A DNA stretch of 62,982 bases, the filler included, from Rhabdomonas costata (Eukaryota): assembly GCA_019059605.1 (NCBI GenBank). It is 49 parts of 49 records of this genome, joined end to end, with 100 filler letters (N's around TTAATTAATTAA, not from the genome) between each part and the next. Parts side by side here need not be neighbours in the genome. Positions count along the whole stretch, not along the records: positions 50,215 to 51,401 come from JAHMHO010024432.1; positions 51,502 to 52,686 come from JAHMHO010024433.1; positions 52,787 to 53,974 come from JAHMHO010024434.1; positions 54,075 to 55,262 come from JAHMHO010024435.1; positions 55,363 to 56,549 come from JAHMHO010024436.1; positions 56,650 to 57,836 come from JAHMHO010024437.1; positions 57,937 to 59,123 come from JAHMHO010024438.1; positions 59,224 to 60,408 come from JAHMHO010024439.1; 41 more parts are not named here. The stretch is one strand, 5' to 3'. How positions within the stretch are numbered: position 1 is the first letter of the stretch; every line of letters begins with the position of its first letter. The position numbers were made by a program, and so were the translations under genes. Below are positions 51,001 to 62,982 of this stretch, one piece after another. The notes under the pieces were generated by a model, which saw only the letters and a list, made by a program, of their open reading frames with translations, was not told the DNA's origin and did not search any database.

Positions 51001-54000
51001 GCTACGCTCAGGCCACTGCTGGTAACCCTGCACTGCAAGCCTGCACTCCCTCCCACCCCACCACCCATGCCCACATCCGCAGGGAGTTCCAGCGCGGCAC
51101 ATCGCGAAAATCGGAAATGGGCTAACATGGGAGTTTTCGACATAGGCCGAAGATAGTTACTGTCTGAACCAGTCAAAATAAACAGGTGGGAATGTACAGC
51201 AAAGACAGAGTAGGGGAGATGTACCTACCTCACCGGTACACAGAATCGTGGGCGAACCATAGTAGAGTGAAGCGATGCAGCAGCAGCACAGGTGCATTTG
51301 GTAGGTTCCATTTTTCCACCATTGTCCTACTCCAAAGTGTTTCTTTGAAGCCCGAGGAACCCTTAGAAGACGTGGCACATCGCGTTGAGCCACCACCAAC
51401 CNNNNNNNNNNNNNNNNNNNNNNNNNNNNNNNNNNNNNNNNNNNNTTAATTAATTAANNNNNNNNNNNNNNNNNNNNNNNNNNNNNNNNNNNNNNNNNNN
51501 NAAATACCCACCTGTACATTGTAGACAAGAAAACTACAGCAAAAAGAGGCTGTAAAGAGATGGCTCACACCAGAAAAAGCGAACCAATCACTCAGATTTT
51601 AACCGAATGTGTGCAAAGTCTTTTTTTTGCTGTTGGATGTGTAAACAAAAAAGCCCTCGCCAGTTTTGTCTAAAACTTATGCTTCGTTCCCGAGCTCATC
51701 GCCCAAGCCCGCTCAAAGGGTAAAGTTAAAGACTTCAGCAATATCCGGCAAATCAACGGTTGATACGCTCAAGCGGATTGCACATCGATTCGGATAAAAC
51801 AGCTCAAGTTCAAGTTGGCGGATTCCTGCAGCCATTGATTGGACCCTCTTCTTTTCTGTGGTGGTGGCTCCTTCCTACCACTCAACTGCGCGAAACGACA
51901 ATCTTCGGATACAGGCCGGCAGCCCTGTCAGGTGGCAGTTTCGTGCAAGAAAGCAAGCATGAGTCAGATAAGGGCAGTGTGCGTCGACCTTATCCCTCAA
52001 GACATCTCTAGGCGATGCAGGAAAAACGAGCTATAGGGCGGACAGCGACATGCTTATCCGTGGTTCGGCAGCTTTCCCTACACGGCAAGTTACCTTCCTA
52101 TGCCTTCCCACTTGGGCTTTCCATCATCGGAACCAGAACATCGCAGGCTCGGCTAAGAGGACTGATCCCTGTCACTTCTCCGTGACAGCAGCATCAATCT
52201 GTTGACCCACATGCGTTCCTTTCTCCGAGAGCCGCACCACAAGTACGTCCCCTCTTGCCACTTCTGTGACGGCCAGCACAGGTTCTGCCCCTGCCCCTGC
52301 GATTGCGGGGGACGAGCACGGGGGCCGCCGCCCGAAAAGCTTCACAGTCTCCGCCTGCTGCAGGAAGACCTGTCCGCGGAGCTCCTCGGCACCCACCTCC
52401 CCACGGCACTCCCATGCAAACTCCACCTGTGTCGTCAACGGACAAGTTAGACCACCAGCACCAAGTGAAAGATGAACTAAAAATCCACGAAAAATGCACA
52501 ACGGATAGGACAGCTCATCAGCAATATACTAAAGTTCAGCAACACTTTCATCAAATTTCTTGCTTCAACCGGATGCATGTAGCTCCCGCACATGTCCAGG
52601 GTTCACCAGAATGGACAAAAGAAAGGGCAGCATTTTGAATGGGTTTGAATGGGAGGAGTGTTGGGCGCGCGATGTAACAAAAAACANNNNNNNNNNNNNN
52701 NNNNNNNNNNNNNNNNNNNNNNNNNNNNNNTTAATTAATTAANNNNNNNNNNNNNNNNNNNNNNNNNNNNNNNNNNNNNNNNNNNNGGGGTTGTGGATCA
52801 GGGGAGAGCTGATGGTGGATTGACTATCTCCCGAGGATAGAAAAGTACATGCACAAGTGCGGAACAAAGACAACAAAGGCCACAGGGCGGAGCGAACAAG
52901 CCGAGGGGCGTGACGAACCCGCAGCTTGCTCTGCAGCTTAACCCCCAGCAGAGGAGGACACCCTGGAGAGAAGCTAACTTCAACATTCACCACAAAACGG
53001 ATGCCTGAAATGTCCTTCTGTTGCAGTGGAAAAACAACCGCCATCATTAACAGATGAGCAGAATCATTCCACCAACCGCAGCACAGTTAGCTTTTTCCCA
53101 GCGGGTATATGCTGCAACCCCTCATCGCTCCAGCGCACACAAACACCAATGCTGGTGAAGATAAGCAAAGGAAGCCAGTGCAAATTTGGACTTGCATGAG
53201 GGACCGACGTAATACACCACAAAAATCCTGAAGATGTCTACAAAACCCGCAGGACCAATAATGCATAACTCTCATTTCAAACGGAACCTTTGCCTTTCAG
53301 CATTGACGCCAGCTTATTCCAGAAATGTGGATGAACGATGAACATGATGCACAGTACCTCATGTTGACGACAGGAAACAAGTAGCGAGGCCAAAGCGAAG
53401 AAAATGGAAAACTTCACCACCAATGCCAGCAGAAGTATCTACATCCCCTTTCAAGAGTCGGGAAGCAGGGACAGGGCAAATGCACACTCTAACCATTGCA
53501 TTGATCGAACATGCGCAAAGCACTACACAATGCATCCCTTACACCATCCCCCGGAGGGTAAAATCCACCTGAGAGTATGAACGGAATTGGGGTGGGAGAA
53601 ATGGGAAAGGACACTGCGTCGTGAGGTTAAGGTGGAGTTGGGGAACGAGGAAGCATGAGCGTACACCCCGTGGGGAGGTCTCAGATGGAGACCGCACCCA
53701 CCTCAACATGCCAGAGGCCATATCAGCATGGCGGCATACACGAAGCAGACCCCTCCGACAAAAATAGGCAATGAGTACGGGGATAGCACAGGGAGTAGTG
53801 AGGAGTACTGGGCGAGCACAAAATTGTACAGCGACAAGAGCGAAGCCTTGGAGCGCTGCGCGCAGCTCTCCAGGGAAGGCAGCCACCGAAGGTACTCGGC
53901 GAAAGGCGAAGAAGAACAAAGAGAAGACACCGAGGCAAGGGAAGAGGGAGACACAAACAGTGCCACCACAAACCNNNNNNNNNNNNNNNNNNNNNNNNNN

Positions 54001-55489
54001 NNNNNNNNNNNNNNNNNNTTAATTAATTAANNNNNNNNNNNNNNNNNNNNNNNNNNNNNNNNNNNNNNNNNNNNAAACGGGGCAGCTGTTGCGACGGAGC
54101 CATAGAATGCAACCGATTTGTTGGGGCTCCCTCACCACCAGACCATCGAAACCACATGCCCGCCAAATCACTTTGGGAAGGATTGAAGTGATGCTCAAAT
54201 GTTGGACTCAGCCCAAGACATCAAATGGCCCTTCCCAAGCCCAACCCCTCCGGGTTTCAGGGTGTCGGATTGTTAAACCCCTGTACTGTACCAGTACCTG
54301 TATGTTTCCTTTCCGGTGGTTGCAGCGCCCCATGCCCATCCCTGCGCACAAACGCAAACGTTTGACAAATCTGCACGCCATGAAAGCAAAATAGCAGCGG
54401 GAGCGGCTAAAAATAAGGGGGATGTTCAAAAAATTCACCATGTTTGTGACATTTTGGTGGGCCGCACTGGAGAAAGAGAACGTGAGGTCGAAAGTCACCC
54501 TCGCGCTGCGCGGTGCAGCGCGGTTCACCGCGAAGGTCCAGTCGCACAAGAGGTCCGAGAGAAGTTGGTTGTGAGACTTCTCATGGAGGCGGGCCTGACA
54601 GAGGTCCCACGGCGAATTCCAACAAAATAACGCCCCAAGACAGCATGGGGTACAAGACTCCTGGGTTACACTCCTTACACACAGCAGCACAGAGTGAAGG
54701 TACCAAACCGTGAAATAGCAACACATAAAACACATAAAAATTTAAAGCCACACAGTCCAGTGAGCAGCACACCAATATTACGAACAGGCAAATAGGCGCT
54801 GTGCTTGATTACTCTCTTTGGGTTGTACCATTCCTGGTCACTAAGAGAATGACCTTCTTCTCTGTTCACCCCCTACCCCCCCTTCTCGACTTGCACTCTT
54901 CGCAATATATACTTCCCCCTTTCATTCTCCAGCAGCACTGGGGACCCAACCGAGACCGGGTGCCTCATGATCTTTTGCCTCTTGCCTCACTGTGAATGAA
55001 AACTCCGAGGTAGCGCTGAATTGAGTACACCTAGATTTGGGTCTTCTTTGAGGTTAGGTGTCCACGACTTATTTGTTTGTGCGCTTGTTTGCTTGTTTGT
55101 TTGTTTGTCTGCTTTTCAGGATTGTTTTTTTTTGCGTGCGTTGGCTTCTTTTTTCCCTCAAAGAATTCCAATGGACAGAGTTTGCTCTTCATTTCTTTAA
55201 AATCTTTTTTGAGAGCTCGCTTTGGGTCGTCGAACCCCCGACCCTTAATCACTGTTACCTCGNNNNNNNNNNNNNNNNNNNNNNNNNNNNNNNNNNNNNN
55301 NNNNNNTTAATTAATTAANNNNNNNNNNNNNNNNNNNNNNNNNNNNNNNNNNNNNNNNNNNNGGGGGTGTTGGCCCAAGGTGAGGCACTGACAGCCCATT
55401 GGGGAACCCTCTGGAGACTCATCCTCGCACTTTAGGGAAGACATGGGCAACGCCTGAGCCCACCGCAAAAGGAAACCACAAACCCCGAT

Positions 55490-55710
55490 ACGTTAGACGA
55501 TAGATATGATGCGATACGATGGGATACAATACGATAGGATACGTGCGATGTGCTGCGATTGGGTATATTGGAACCTGGTATATTGGATTCCAATTCAATC
55601 CAATATGCTCCATTCCATTCAGGTACAGCACGGCACAGGGAATGCAGTGGAGTGCAAGGCAATGCATTACAGTGCAATGCAGTACATCACAGTCCACGAT
55701 ATATCATAGT
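55490..55710. repeat. Degenerate pentanucleotide-periodic tract
   Basis: GATAC/GATAG, ATTGG/ATTCC and AATGC/AGTGC units in 5-bp register. Confidence 0.8.
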
Positions 55711-58525
55711 GCCCCGCACCAACAGCCTGGTCGTCGGGAATGAAAGGTCCAGCGAAGGGTGCGTCGTTCCAATAGCATCACTGTAATGACAGTAACCCAC
55801 CTAAAAATTACATACTGGCCACAAACCTGCGATGAAGGAGAAGAAGAAGAGGTTGGACTGGAGCCTTCTCCCGCAGGAGTTGCCATCGTAGGCGCGCCCC
55901 AAGAGAAAAGTCCGCTCACGCTTCCAGGACCCAGCGGGCCGTCGTGGCGAACACGGACTCGCACCAAAAACCCCCCGCAAAACCGCCGATAAAGTGGAGC
56001 ACAGACGAAATGCCTGTGAAAAAACAACACACCACTGGCAGGTCAAGGCGCAGATGCAAACGATATCAAGAATACCTTTTCCAGCGTGTGCGCACTGGAT
56101 CAAGCTGAACGGCACTGCCAAGCAGACCGCAAATACATTGTAAACATCTCGAGCAGAAGGAGAAATGCAGAAGTATCACCATTTTGAGGGGAAGTGACTG
56201 GAAATTAAATTAGTGTAGAAATTTAGCTGAACGAGAACCCTCGTTACCTTTCTTTATGAGCGAAAAATCTCGAAAATAACGCACTTCCCTTGGTTCAAAC
56301 ATGTACACACAGTACGCACAATCAAACAAATCATGGAAAAAGATGAATGCATTACTACACGTCTGGCCAAACATTCACGGGGGAGTTACACGAAGGCCCT
56401 TGCGAAACAGCGAGGGCATATCTGTGCCTTCAGAGAGAAGAACGTCTTCCACAACTGGAGTGTTGTACCCCAACCTCAAGACCCTCCAGCTAACCTGCCT
56501 GCCTGCATCGGCCGGAGCTCCAGGAAAACCACAAGAGCACACACCAACCNNNNNNNNNNNNNNNNNNNNNNNNNNNNNNNNNNNNNNNNNNNNTTAATTA
56601 ATTAANNNNNNNNNNNNNNNNNNNNNNNNNNNNNNNNNNNNNNNNNNNNTTGTTGGGGTAAATAAAATTTTTACAGATCCGATGATAAAAACGGGAATGG
56701 GAAACGTTGAATTGAATCAATCAGGTTAAAAATGGACATTTCCGTTTGTTTTTTATTTTTCGACGTTTTTTCCGCTTTTTTATTCATATTAACACCGAAA
56801 TTCTCCCATTTTATGGACAGTTCTCAATTTTGAAGGGAAGCGGACAATGACTGAAAGCTGGAAGGAGCTGGTCCTTGTGCATCAAAAGCCGCTGTGTGGC
56901 TCCGCGTTTGGGGTGAAAGAGTAGGGGTAAGGGGATGGACAGTACGAAGGACCTGTGCGGTATAGTCGCCGAACTGCGGGCAAGCGGCCGAGCGCAGCTC
57001 CGCGAGGAAAGCTGTGCAGTGGGAAGCCCGCTCAGCCACCCCCACAGTGCCATGCAGAAGCCCCACAAGGCTGGCGCTGTGCAGCACGGTTCCCCTGGGT
57101 TCCGACAGCGACGCTTCACTCGATATCCCCATAACACGAAATAAAGTCTTGCATACTTTATGGCACGCACACCTGAAGTGATTAATGCTTCAGCCGGTCT
57201 CCGGTTCAGTAACAATCGATGGGAGTCACCTCGGAAATTGGGGGTAGGATGGGGGATTTCGCTCCGAAATTTCGTCTTTTGACTGGCAAAACCAATGGAA
57301 CCATGGAACCATATGGAGCGGACGGAAGCCGGACACAGACATGGACCTCAGCACATGAGCTACAGTGGCGGGGTAGTGTTCATTTTTTCAATCACCTTGG
57401 GTCTCGGGGTTCACCTCTCCACCTGTGTATACTCTCGGTTAAAATATTGGGGATTTCAAGCCTTGTCGGCTTGGCAGGACCTTTTTGTAAGCCTTGTCCT
57501 ACCCAACAATTGACCTCCCCATGCAAGCACACCCACCGCCTTTTTAAGTCACGCCATTCTACACGCGCTTTTGTCACACTGTAAATGGTCTAGTCGAAAC
57601 TTGAAGCAACTTTCTCAAAACACGAGGTTATGGACAACCTGAACGGGGGAGGGGTTGTGGTGAGTCAGACTCATAACCGTCCAGAACAACAAAAAGAAAG
57701 AGGTCTGTATCGACCCTCAGGTGTCGGGAAGGGGGCAGCAACACCACAGCATTCCTCCCTCCCGGACAACAAAGGATGGGATACACGCAACAAGCCGTAC
57801 AGAGGAGAATGGCAGGGGGAGAGGCCACCCAACAACNNNNNNNNNNNNNNNNNNNNNNNNNNNNNNNNNNNNNNNNNNNNTTAATTAATTAANNNNNNNN
57901 NNNNNNNNNNNNNNNNNNNNNNNNNNNNNNNNNNNNTTTTTGGGTGTTGGGCTGCTGGCCCGTTCCTGCAGCTCCAGGCTGCTCAGAGCGGACTGGAGCT
58001 CTGGGGTTCCATGGCGTCTGCTGCACCGCTTGCTGGAACGAATCCAGAGACATGTCAGAGGACGCAGCGGAAGCAGTGGTTGCAAAGGCGTCCCCGCTGC
58101 TTTCTTCAGGAGCCTTCTCTTCCTCGTGAGCGAAACTTCCGGAGGGCTGCATCGAAGAGACGAACGTGTACCAATGTAACCAATATCAGTTCGCACGGGT
58201 ACAGAAATCAGTTGGGTGAATCCAGGAGAAAAGGGTTTCCTCTAGGCTTGGTGATATGCGTAACAATAGAGAGAATCCTTGCAAACCCCTGTTTGCATTC
58301 TTCTGACTTTCTGTGCTGCTGACATCTTCTCCCTATGCTACTGTCGAGAGGGAGGGAGGGAAGGAGGGAGGGGTATTGTTAAGGTGCCTTCTCACCAGTG
58401 GCAATAAGTTCAGTCGTTCCTTTTTCCGTTCCTTGCCCTTCAGAAAGGGAAACTCTCCCTGCACTCCTATGCCAAAGGCAACGGAAAAGCAGTTGATAGC
58501 GGTTATATTCAGAAGAGCGCACACG

Positions 58526-58840
58526 GGCGAGCAAACCGGCATATCAGTGTGGGGTGACAATGCCATGGCCATATCCGAGGGGCTTGCCACGTAGGGATCA
58601 AGCCGCCGCACGTACTCCAGCTCCGACTGTGGCATGGGCTGCATCCTGCGGCCCACAACACCCGCAGCGATGTTAAACGTGCGTACACAGGTACACAGAC
58701 GGCAACCCAAATCGCTCAGCATAAGGAAACGGATACACATACCATGGGTGATTCACGATGTCTTCCAAGGAGTAGCGGTTGTTCGGGTCCACCACCAGAA
58801 TGTGGGAGAGCAAGTCCCGCAGCTCCGGGGAGAAATGATT
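58526..58840 (-). CDS. CAMK-group (SnRK/CIPK-like) Ser/Thr kinase, end of catalytic domain; exons 58840-58743 and 58645 to about 58526
   Basis: NHFSPELRDLLSHILVVDPNNRYSLEDIVNHPW|MQP (subdomain XI); 97-nt phase-2 GT-AG intron. Confidence 0.88.
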
Positions 58841-59299
58841 CTGTGTGGAATGTCCGCAAGCACTGTAATTCGGGCTGAGCTCGGCTCCGAGCTAGAACCT
58901 TCAAAGGCTTGGGACTTCTAAAAATGCACATCGACGTATGTGCTCTCTTTTTCGGACTTAGAAGCTAAGGGGGGCGGTTGAAACCTGGTTTATTCTCAGG
59001 TGTTTTTAATTCTTTTCGGCCTGCTGTTTTTAGTTCACCTACTATGTAACTACCTTTGCGATGACACGGGCAACATCATCCCGAACCCCATTCCGTACCC
59101 TCCCCCCCCCAAATACAGGCAGGNNNNNNNNNNNNNNNNNNNNNNNNNNNNNNNNNNNNNNNNNNNNTTAATTAATTAANNNNNNNNNNNNNNNNNNNNN
59201 NNNNNNNNNNNNNNNNNNNNNNNGGTTTGGTGGAGGAGGGTATACGATACCCTTGTTACATCACCCATGTTTCAGTTCGAGTTTGAATGTTATTGCACG

Positions 59300-59890
59300 G
59301 TGTTTAAATCTGATTCCTCCGAAGAAGAGGAAGATCACAAAACTTTTTTTTTCTAAAAACAGCCGCATTATGCAACTGTGGCAGTAAGCGTGTGAGAACT
59401 GAAGTTCAGCCACTCGATCACTGTATGGTGGGTCACCGATGCTTCGCAGCTCTGCGTTGAGCTCACCCAACTTCGGAAGGGCAGGGCTAAGGCAGGCCTG
59501 TGATCCGGAAATGGGACAGAAAAGTGGCGGACTCCCCACCTTGGGTTTTGGGGTATAATGACCAGCATCCTTTTATAAAGCGTACAAGTGTGTGACGGCG
59601 TATCAGTCTCTTTATTTTCCTGCGCCGAATTGTTCTACATGGGGCGGTTAGCTGTGAGGTGGTGGAAGGAACTGCAGCTACCTGGAAGTGGAAACGGAAA
59701 ACGAAAAGGGAACGTCCCATTCTTGCAGAGACCGTGAAACTCCACTGGTTTCAAGACGTGGACGTAAGCTTTTTCCGCTGAAAAATAAATAAGTCTGGAC
59801 TTACCAAAACACCCAAGCATAAAAAAGAAAGGCACACCTGGACGCATCGTCCTTTTCGTCTCTCCTCGTCCCAGATTTGACAAACTTTGT
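59300..59890 (-). mobile_element. Decayed DIRS-like reverse transcriptase
   Basis: Remnants in order: PFFFMLGCFGKSRLI, FHFQV, FIKGCWSLYP (cf. LPFGWSLSP), KKS..FGGIRF. Confidence 0.35.
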
Positions 59891-60600
59891 GCTGTTTTGT
59901 TGGGATTCTTTGAGCCCGAGCACCAACCAACATTCCAACCTCGAGGTCCAGCCCTAGCATTCTAACCCCGAGACCCGACCTTCAGAACCTAATCACGAAC
60001 GCCATATTCGGCTCCCTAACCCCGAGCTCCAACTAATATCGGACGAGGTGGGGCGACGAGTAGACGTTATCCTCACCCCATCAGCGTGGTCCTCTCGCTG
60101 CCCCGGAGGCCTCTTCGGTGGAGGTTCCTGCACACCCACCGCGTCCCTTGGGGGGAGACGTGGATGAGGGCGCGCGGGAGAGCGCGTGTGCGCAGAGCTC
60201 GGACACCGACAGCTCAGAGCCGCCTCCAGAGATAGGCTGCGCGGTACGGATCCGGGTATGGCCACTGCACAGCGTCAGCAACATCTCCATGAGCAAAGAA
60301 ACAGCATGATATATCCTCCTTCCCCACGGGTGGTTTGGTAGCGGCCCTTTCCTCCTCCATTGTTCTTTTCTTCTCCTCTTTACTCTCAGAACTTAGAGAC
60401 TCCCAGCANNNNNNNNNNNNNNNNNNNNNNNNNNNNNNNNNNNNNNNNNNNNTTAATTAATTAANNNNNNNNNNNNNNNNNNNNNNNNNNNNNNNNNNNN
60501 NNNNNNNNGGAAGAACCAAACTGCAAACACGGTCGCCGTGGTGGCACTGGAAGCGTGGTGGGGTTGAGCGAGGGTAATGAGACGCTTGCCCCCTGCGCAC

Positions 60601-60725
60601 CTTCGGCTCTGGAAGGTGTAGAATACTCGGGCGAGGTAGTTGTGGTCCACGCTGGCCATGAGCTGGGTCTCCCGCAGGACCTGCTTCTTCATGTTCTTGC
60701 AGAGCACATCCTCTTTGCACAGCAC
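60601..60725 (-). CDS. AGC-group kinase exon (Greatwall/IRE/MAST-like, subdomains II-IV)
   Basis: VLCKEDVLCKNMKKQVLRETQLMASVDHNYLARVFYTFQS; CAG / GTGCGC sites. Confidence 0.85.
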
Positions 60726-61560
60726 CTGCACCCCGCACCCCCGCATCCCTCAATACCCCGCATACAGCTTGATCGAAGTCCCGGGGAACATGATCGATCT
60801 CAAACCCTCTGGGAAATCTCCAATACGAATCCAGGGGACACTCGCACAGCTGGAGTTGCTACTCACTTTCGAATAGCGGGGGGCACCTATATTGAGCCGA
60901 TTTATGTCGCTGCGGGCTGCAGGATAATTATCCTCATCATTTAGAAAAGAGCGGGTTGGGGGGGGGGGGGCGTGGGCTCCTTGGCACCTTGATTGCGTAG
61001 TGGTCCTCCGTGCGCCGCTTGCGAGCCAGGAAGACCCTTCCGTAGGCGCCTCGGGTGATCGGTAGCTGCGAAATGCAGGTGACGATTGGGTCACACCGCA
61101 CAGATGCGAAAAAAAATAATTAAATAATTAACAATTATCTATAAATCTGTAGGGGACACACATCCCCGCAGCCTCCTCAGTGAAGTCAAAATACAAAAAA
61201 GACGATCTATTTGTCTCACACTGCCAACTCGCATTATACTAATTTCTATGTGGCCCCCAGAAAAATCCAATTGTTGGAGACCGCAAAAAAAAAACACGGA
61301 AGAAGGCAACACAATATATTTTGTCACCAGAAGTCACTTAGTTATCTCAAAAGTTCCACAGTCGGCAGCACTCTGCCTGCGTCAGCATCCGCATCTTCTC
61401 AAGAATTGGGTTCATAAAAAATTCCGTCTCCATTTGCTTCCTGAAGTTTATCGGGTTTTACGAAGACTGTGCTGCGGACTTTATCCTGACCCATCTGCAC
61501 CCACGCACCATACCAGGATCTCAAAGTCGCTGGCCTTAACCCTGGGCCGGGTCTTCTTGC

Positions 61561-61671
61561 GGTGTACCACAGGCGTCTTGGACGGTTCCCCGGCTCCACC
61601 CCCGCGGCTAAACGAGCGGTCATCGCTGTGGGTGTGGAGCCGGGGAACCGTCCAAGACGCCTGTGGTACAC
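61561..61671. repeat. Terminal inverted repeat with arms of about 39 bp, probable WGA fold-back
   Basis: Reverse-complement arms immediately before the A/C tail. Confidence 0.85.
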
Positions 61672-62982
61672 CACACACCCAAACACACCCACCCANNNNN
61701 NNNNNNNNNNNNNNNNNNNNNNNNNNNNNNNNNNNNNNNTTAATTAATTAANNNNNNNNNNNNNNNNNNNNNNNNNNNNNNNNNNNNNNNNNNNNGGTTT
61801 GGGGGTTCAGTCAGGCATGTTCGAGCACGTCGTTGCCCCCCAAGGTGCACCCTCCTCCCTGCCATCTCACCTGGGCCGTCAAGGGATGCCCAGCCGTCAG
61901 CCTTGTGTGCCCACACTGTGCGACCACACTTTCGACTCAAATGCTGACGCAGTGTAAATGGTAACGGAACGTAATGGAGAGCGTAGCAGGGCCTAGCTTA
62001 GCGTTTTCACGGATAGTACCCTCTGTCACTGTCTACAAGCCATGCATATCCTCTCCCTTTTGATACGGTAAGTGAAAGTACCGCGTCCACGCAAAGGGAC
62101 GTGGCGTGGGCACAAAGAGGTACCTGCAGCCTGTGCAAAGGACGGGAAGGAGTCTTGAGGAGCCCCAAGGAGGCCCTGAACCTGGCTGAAAAAAACCAGT
62201 CCACCGTGGGCATAACCTTCCTACGTGGACGGCGCACAAAGGGGGGCCGAACCGCGCTGAGGGGCAGGGGAGCAACTTGGTCAGATGTGTGAGAGAGTTG
62301 CGCTTCTACTCAAACCAACCGCCACCAATATGTATTTCCAGATTCAAGACTTTAACACGCAAGGGTCAAAAGAGTAGCGTGGGAAGGGGATAGTGAACAC
62401 GACATTCTGATTTACTCAGAATGGGGTACCGGACCGTTGCTTCATACGTACACTTAAATTTGCTGTCAACAGCACCAACAACGTAAGATAAGCTACCTTA
62501 GAAACTCAGAAAAGGCATGTGTTACGGGTTCTCATTCCGTCAGATGTGGGGGGGAGATGCTCTTCTACTCAAACCAACCGACCCACCAATGCGTATTTCC
62601 AGAATTTCGCCACCACTCCCGCCTTCTCATCACTCAACAACAACACTTTCTTGCCTTCCTCCTTATTTCAAGTATGCATTACTTCTTCACCCTGGCGCAC
62701 GAAGGAGCCGACCGCCCTAAGTACACGAGCCGCAAAAAAGCCCCCCTTCCTCACGCAAGTTTCAAAGGTTGGTCCCCATTGCTTTTCGGGAAATGAGTCA
62801 GAATACGAAACACACTCGCGAACATGAAGGTGGGCCTTGACAGACCAGAAGGGTTCCTGACCACCCCACACACAACACCAATGCACAATGCACGTACATA
62901 ATGTCAAGCAAACACCGCTGCGGAGATCTTCAGTGGATTACAGCACATCGCGTTGCTCTCAAACGGAGCTCACAAACCCCCC

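Noticed and set aside
58646..58742. Apparent GT-AC intron giving HPW|FNI in the kinase
   Set aside because: A canonical CAG at 58648-58646 gives the in-frame join HPW|MQP.
723..61671. Four long inverted repeats (723-1170, 31903-32095, 44842-44969, 61561-61671) as MITEs or miRNA hairpins
   Set aside because: All end at the contig terminus in an A/C primer-like tail and are unrelated to each other. The first duplicates intronic sequence around an exon. This is typical of amplification fold-back.
1189..61795. Regularly spaced TTAATTAATTAA as a CRISPR-like or biological repeat, and any operon-like gene clustering
   Set aside because: It is an artificial linker between unrelated contigs.
4..62907. 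Most ORFs in the six-frame track
   Set aside because: They are shadow frames or read-through into introns and N-runs in an intron-rich genome.
1..62982. Euglenid nonconventional (stem-loop) introns
   Set aside because: Every junction I could fix by homology fits GT-AG or GC-AG. Without transcripts, none can be supported.

Overview
This window is not a contiguous locus. It is 49 unrelated contigs of about 1.19 kb, joined by 100-nt N44-TTAATTAATTAA-N44 linkers, so neighbourhood across contigs carries no biological meaning. The DNA is from an intron-rich eukaryote, most plausibly a euglenozoan/euglenid. That assignment is an inference from receptor-type adenylate cyclases and GTRYG donor sites. 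G/T-only 5' ends, A/C-only 3' ends and terminal fold-backs indicate whole-genome amplification. Recognisable exon fragments include an SLC35A nucleotide-sugar transporter, a DHX29-like helicase N-terminus, isoaspartyl dipeptidase (iadA), ornithine carbamoyltransferase, two adenylate cyclases, two protein kinases, a Rheb/Ras-like GTPase, and ankyrin, TPR, LRR, EF-hand, IQ, NYN and divergent kinesin-like proteins. Several contigs look like decayed DIRS/Ngaro-type retroelements. The best leads are a 1061-bp AT-rich circle or tandem unit, a bacterial-type iadA carrying a GC-AG intron, a recurrent CGTTTAGC-N3-GCTAAACG palindrome family, and locally CpG-depleted DNA. No new multi-gene system can be demonstrated from this material.
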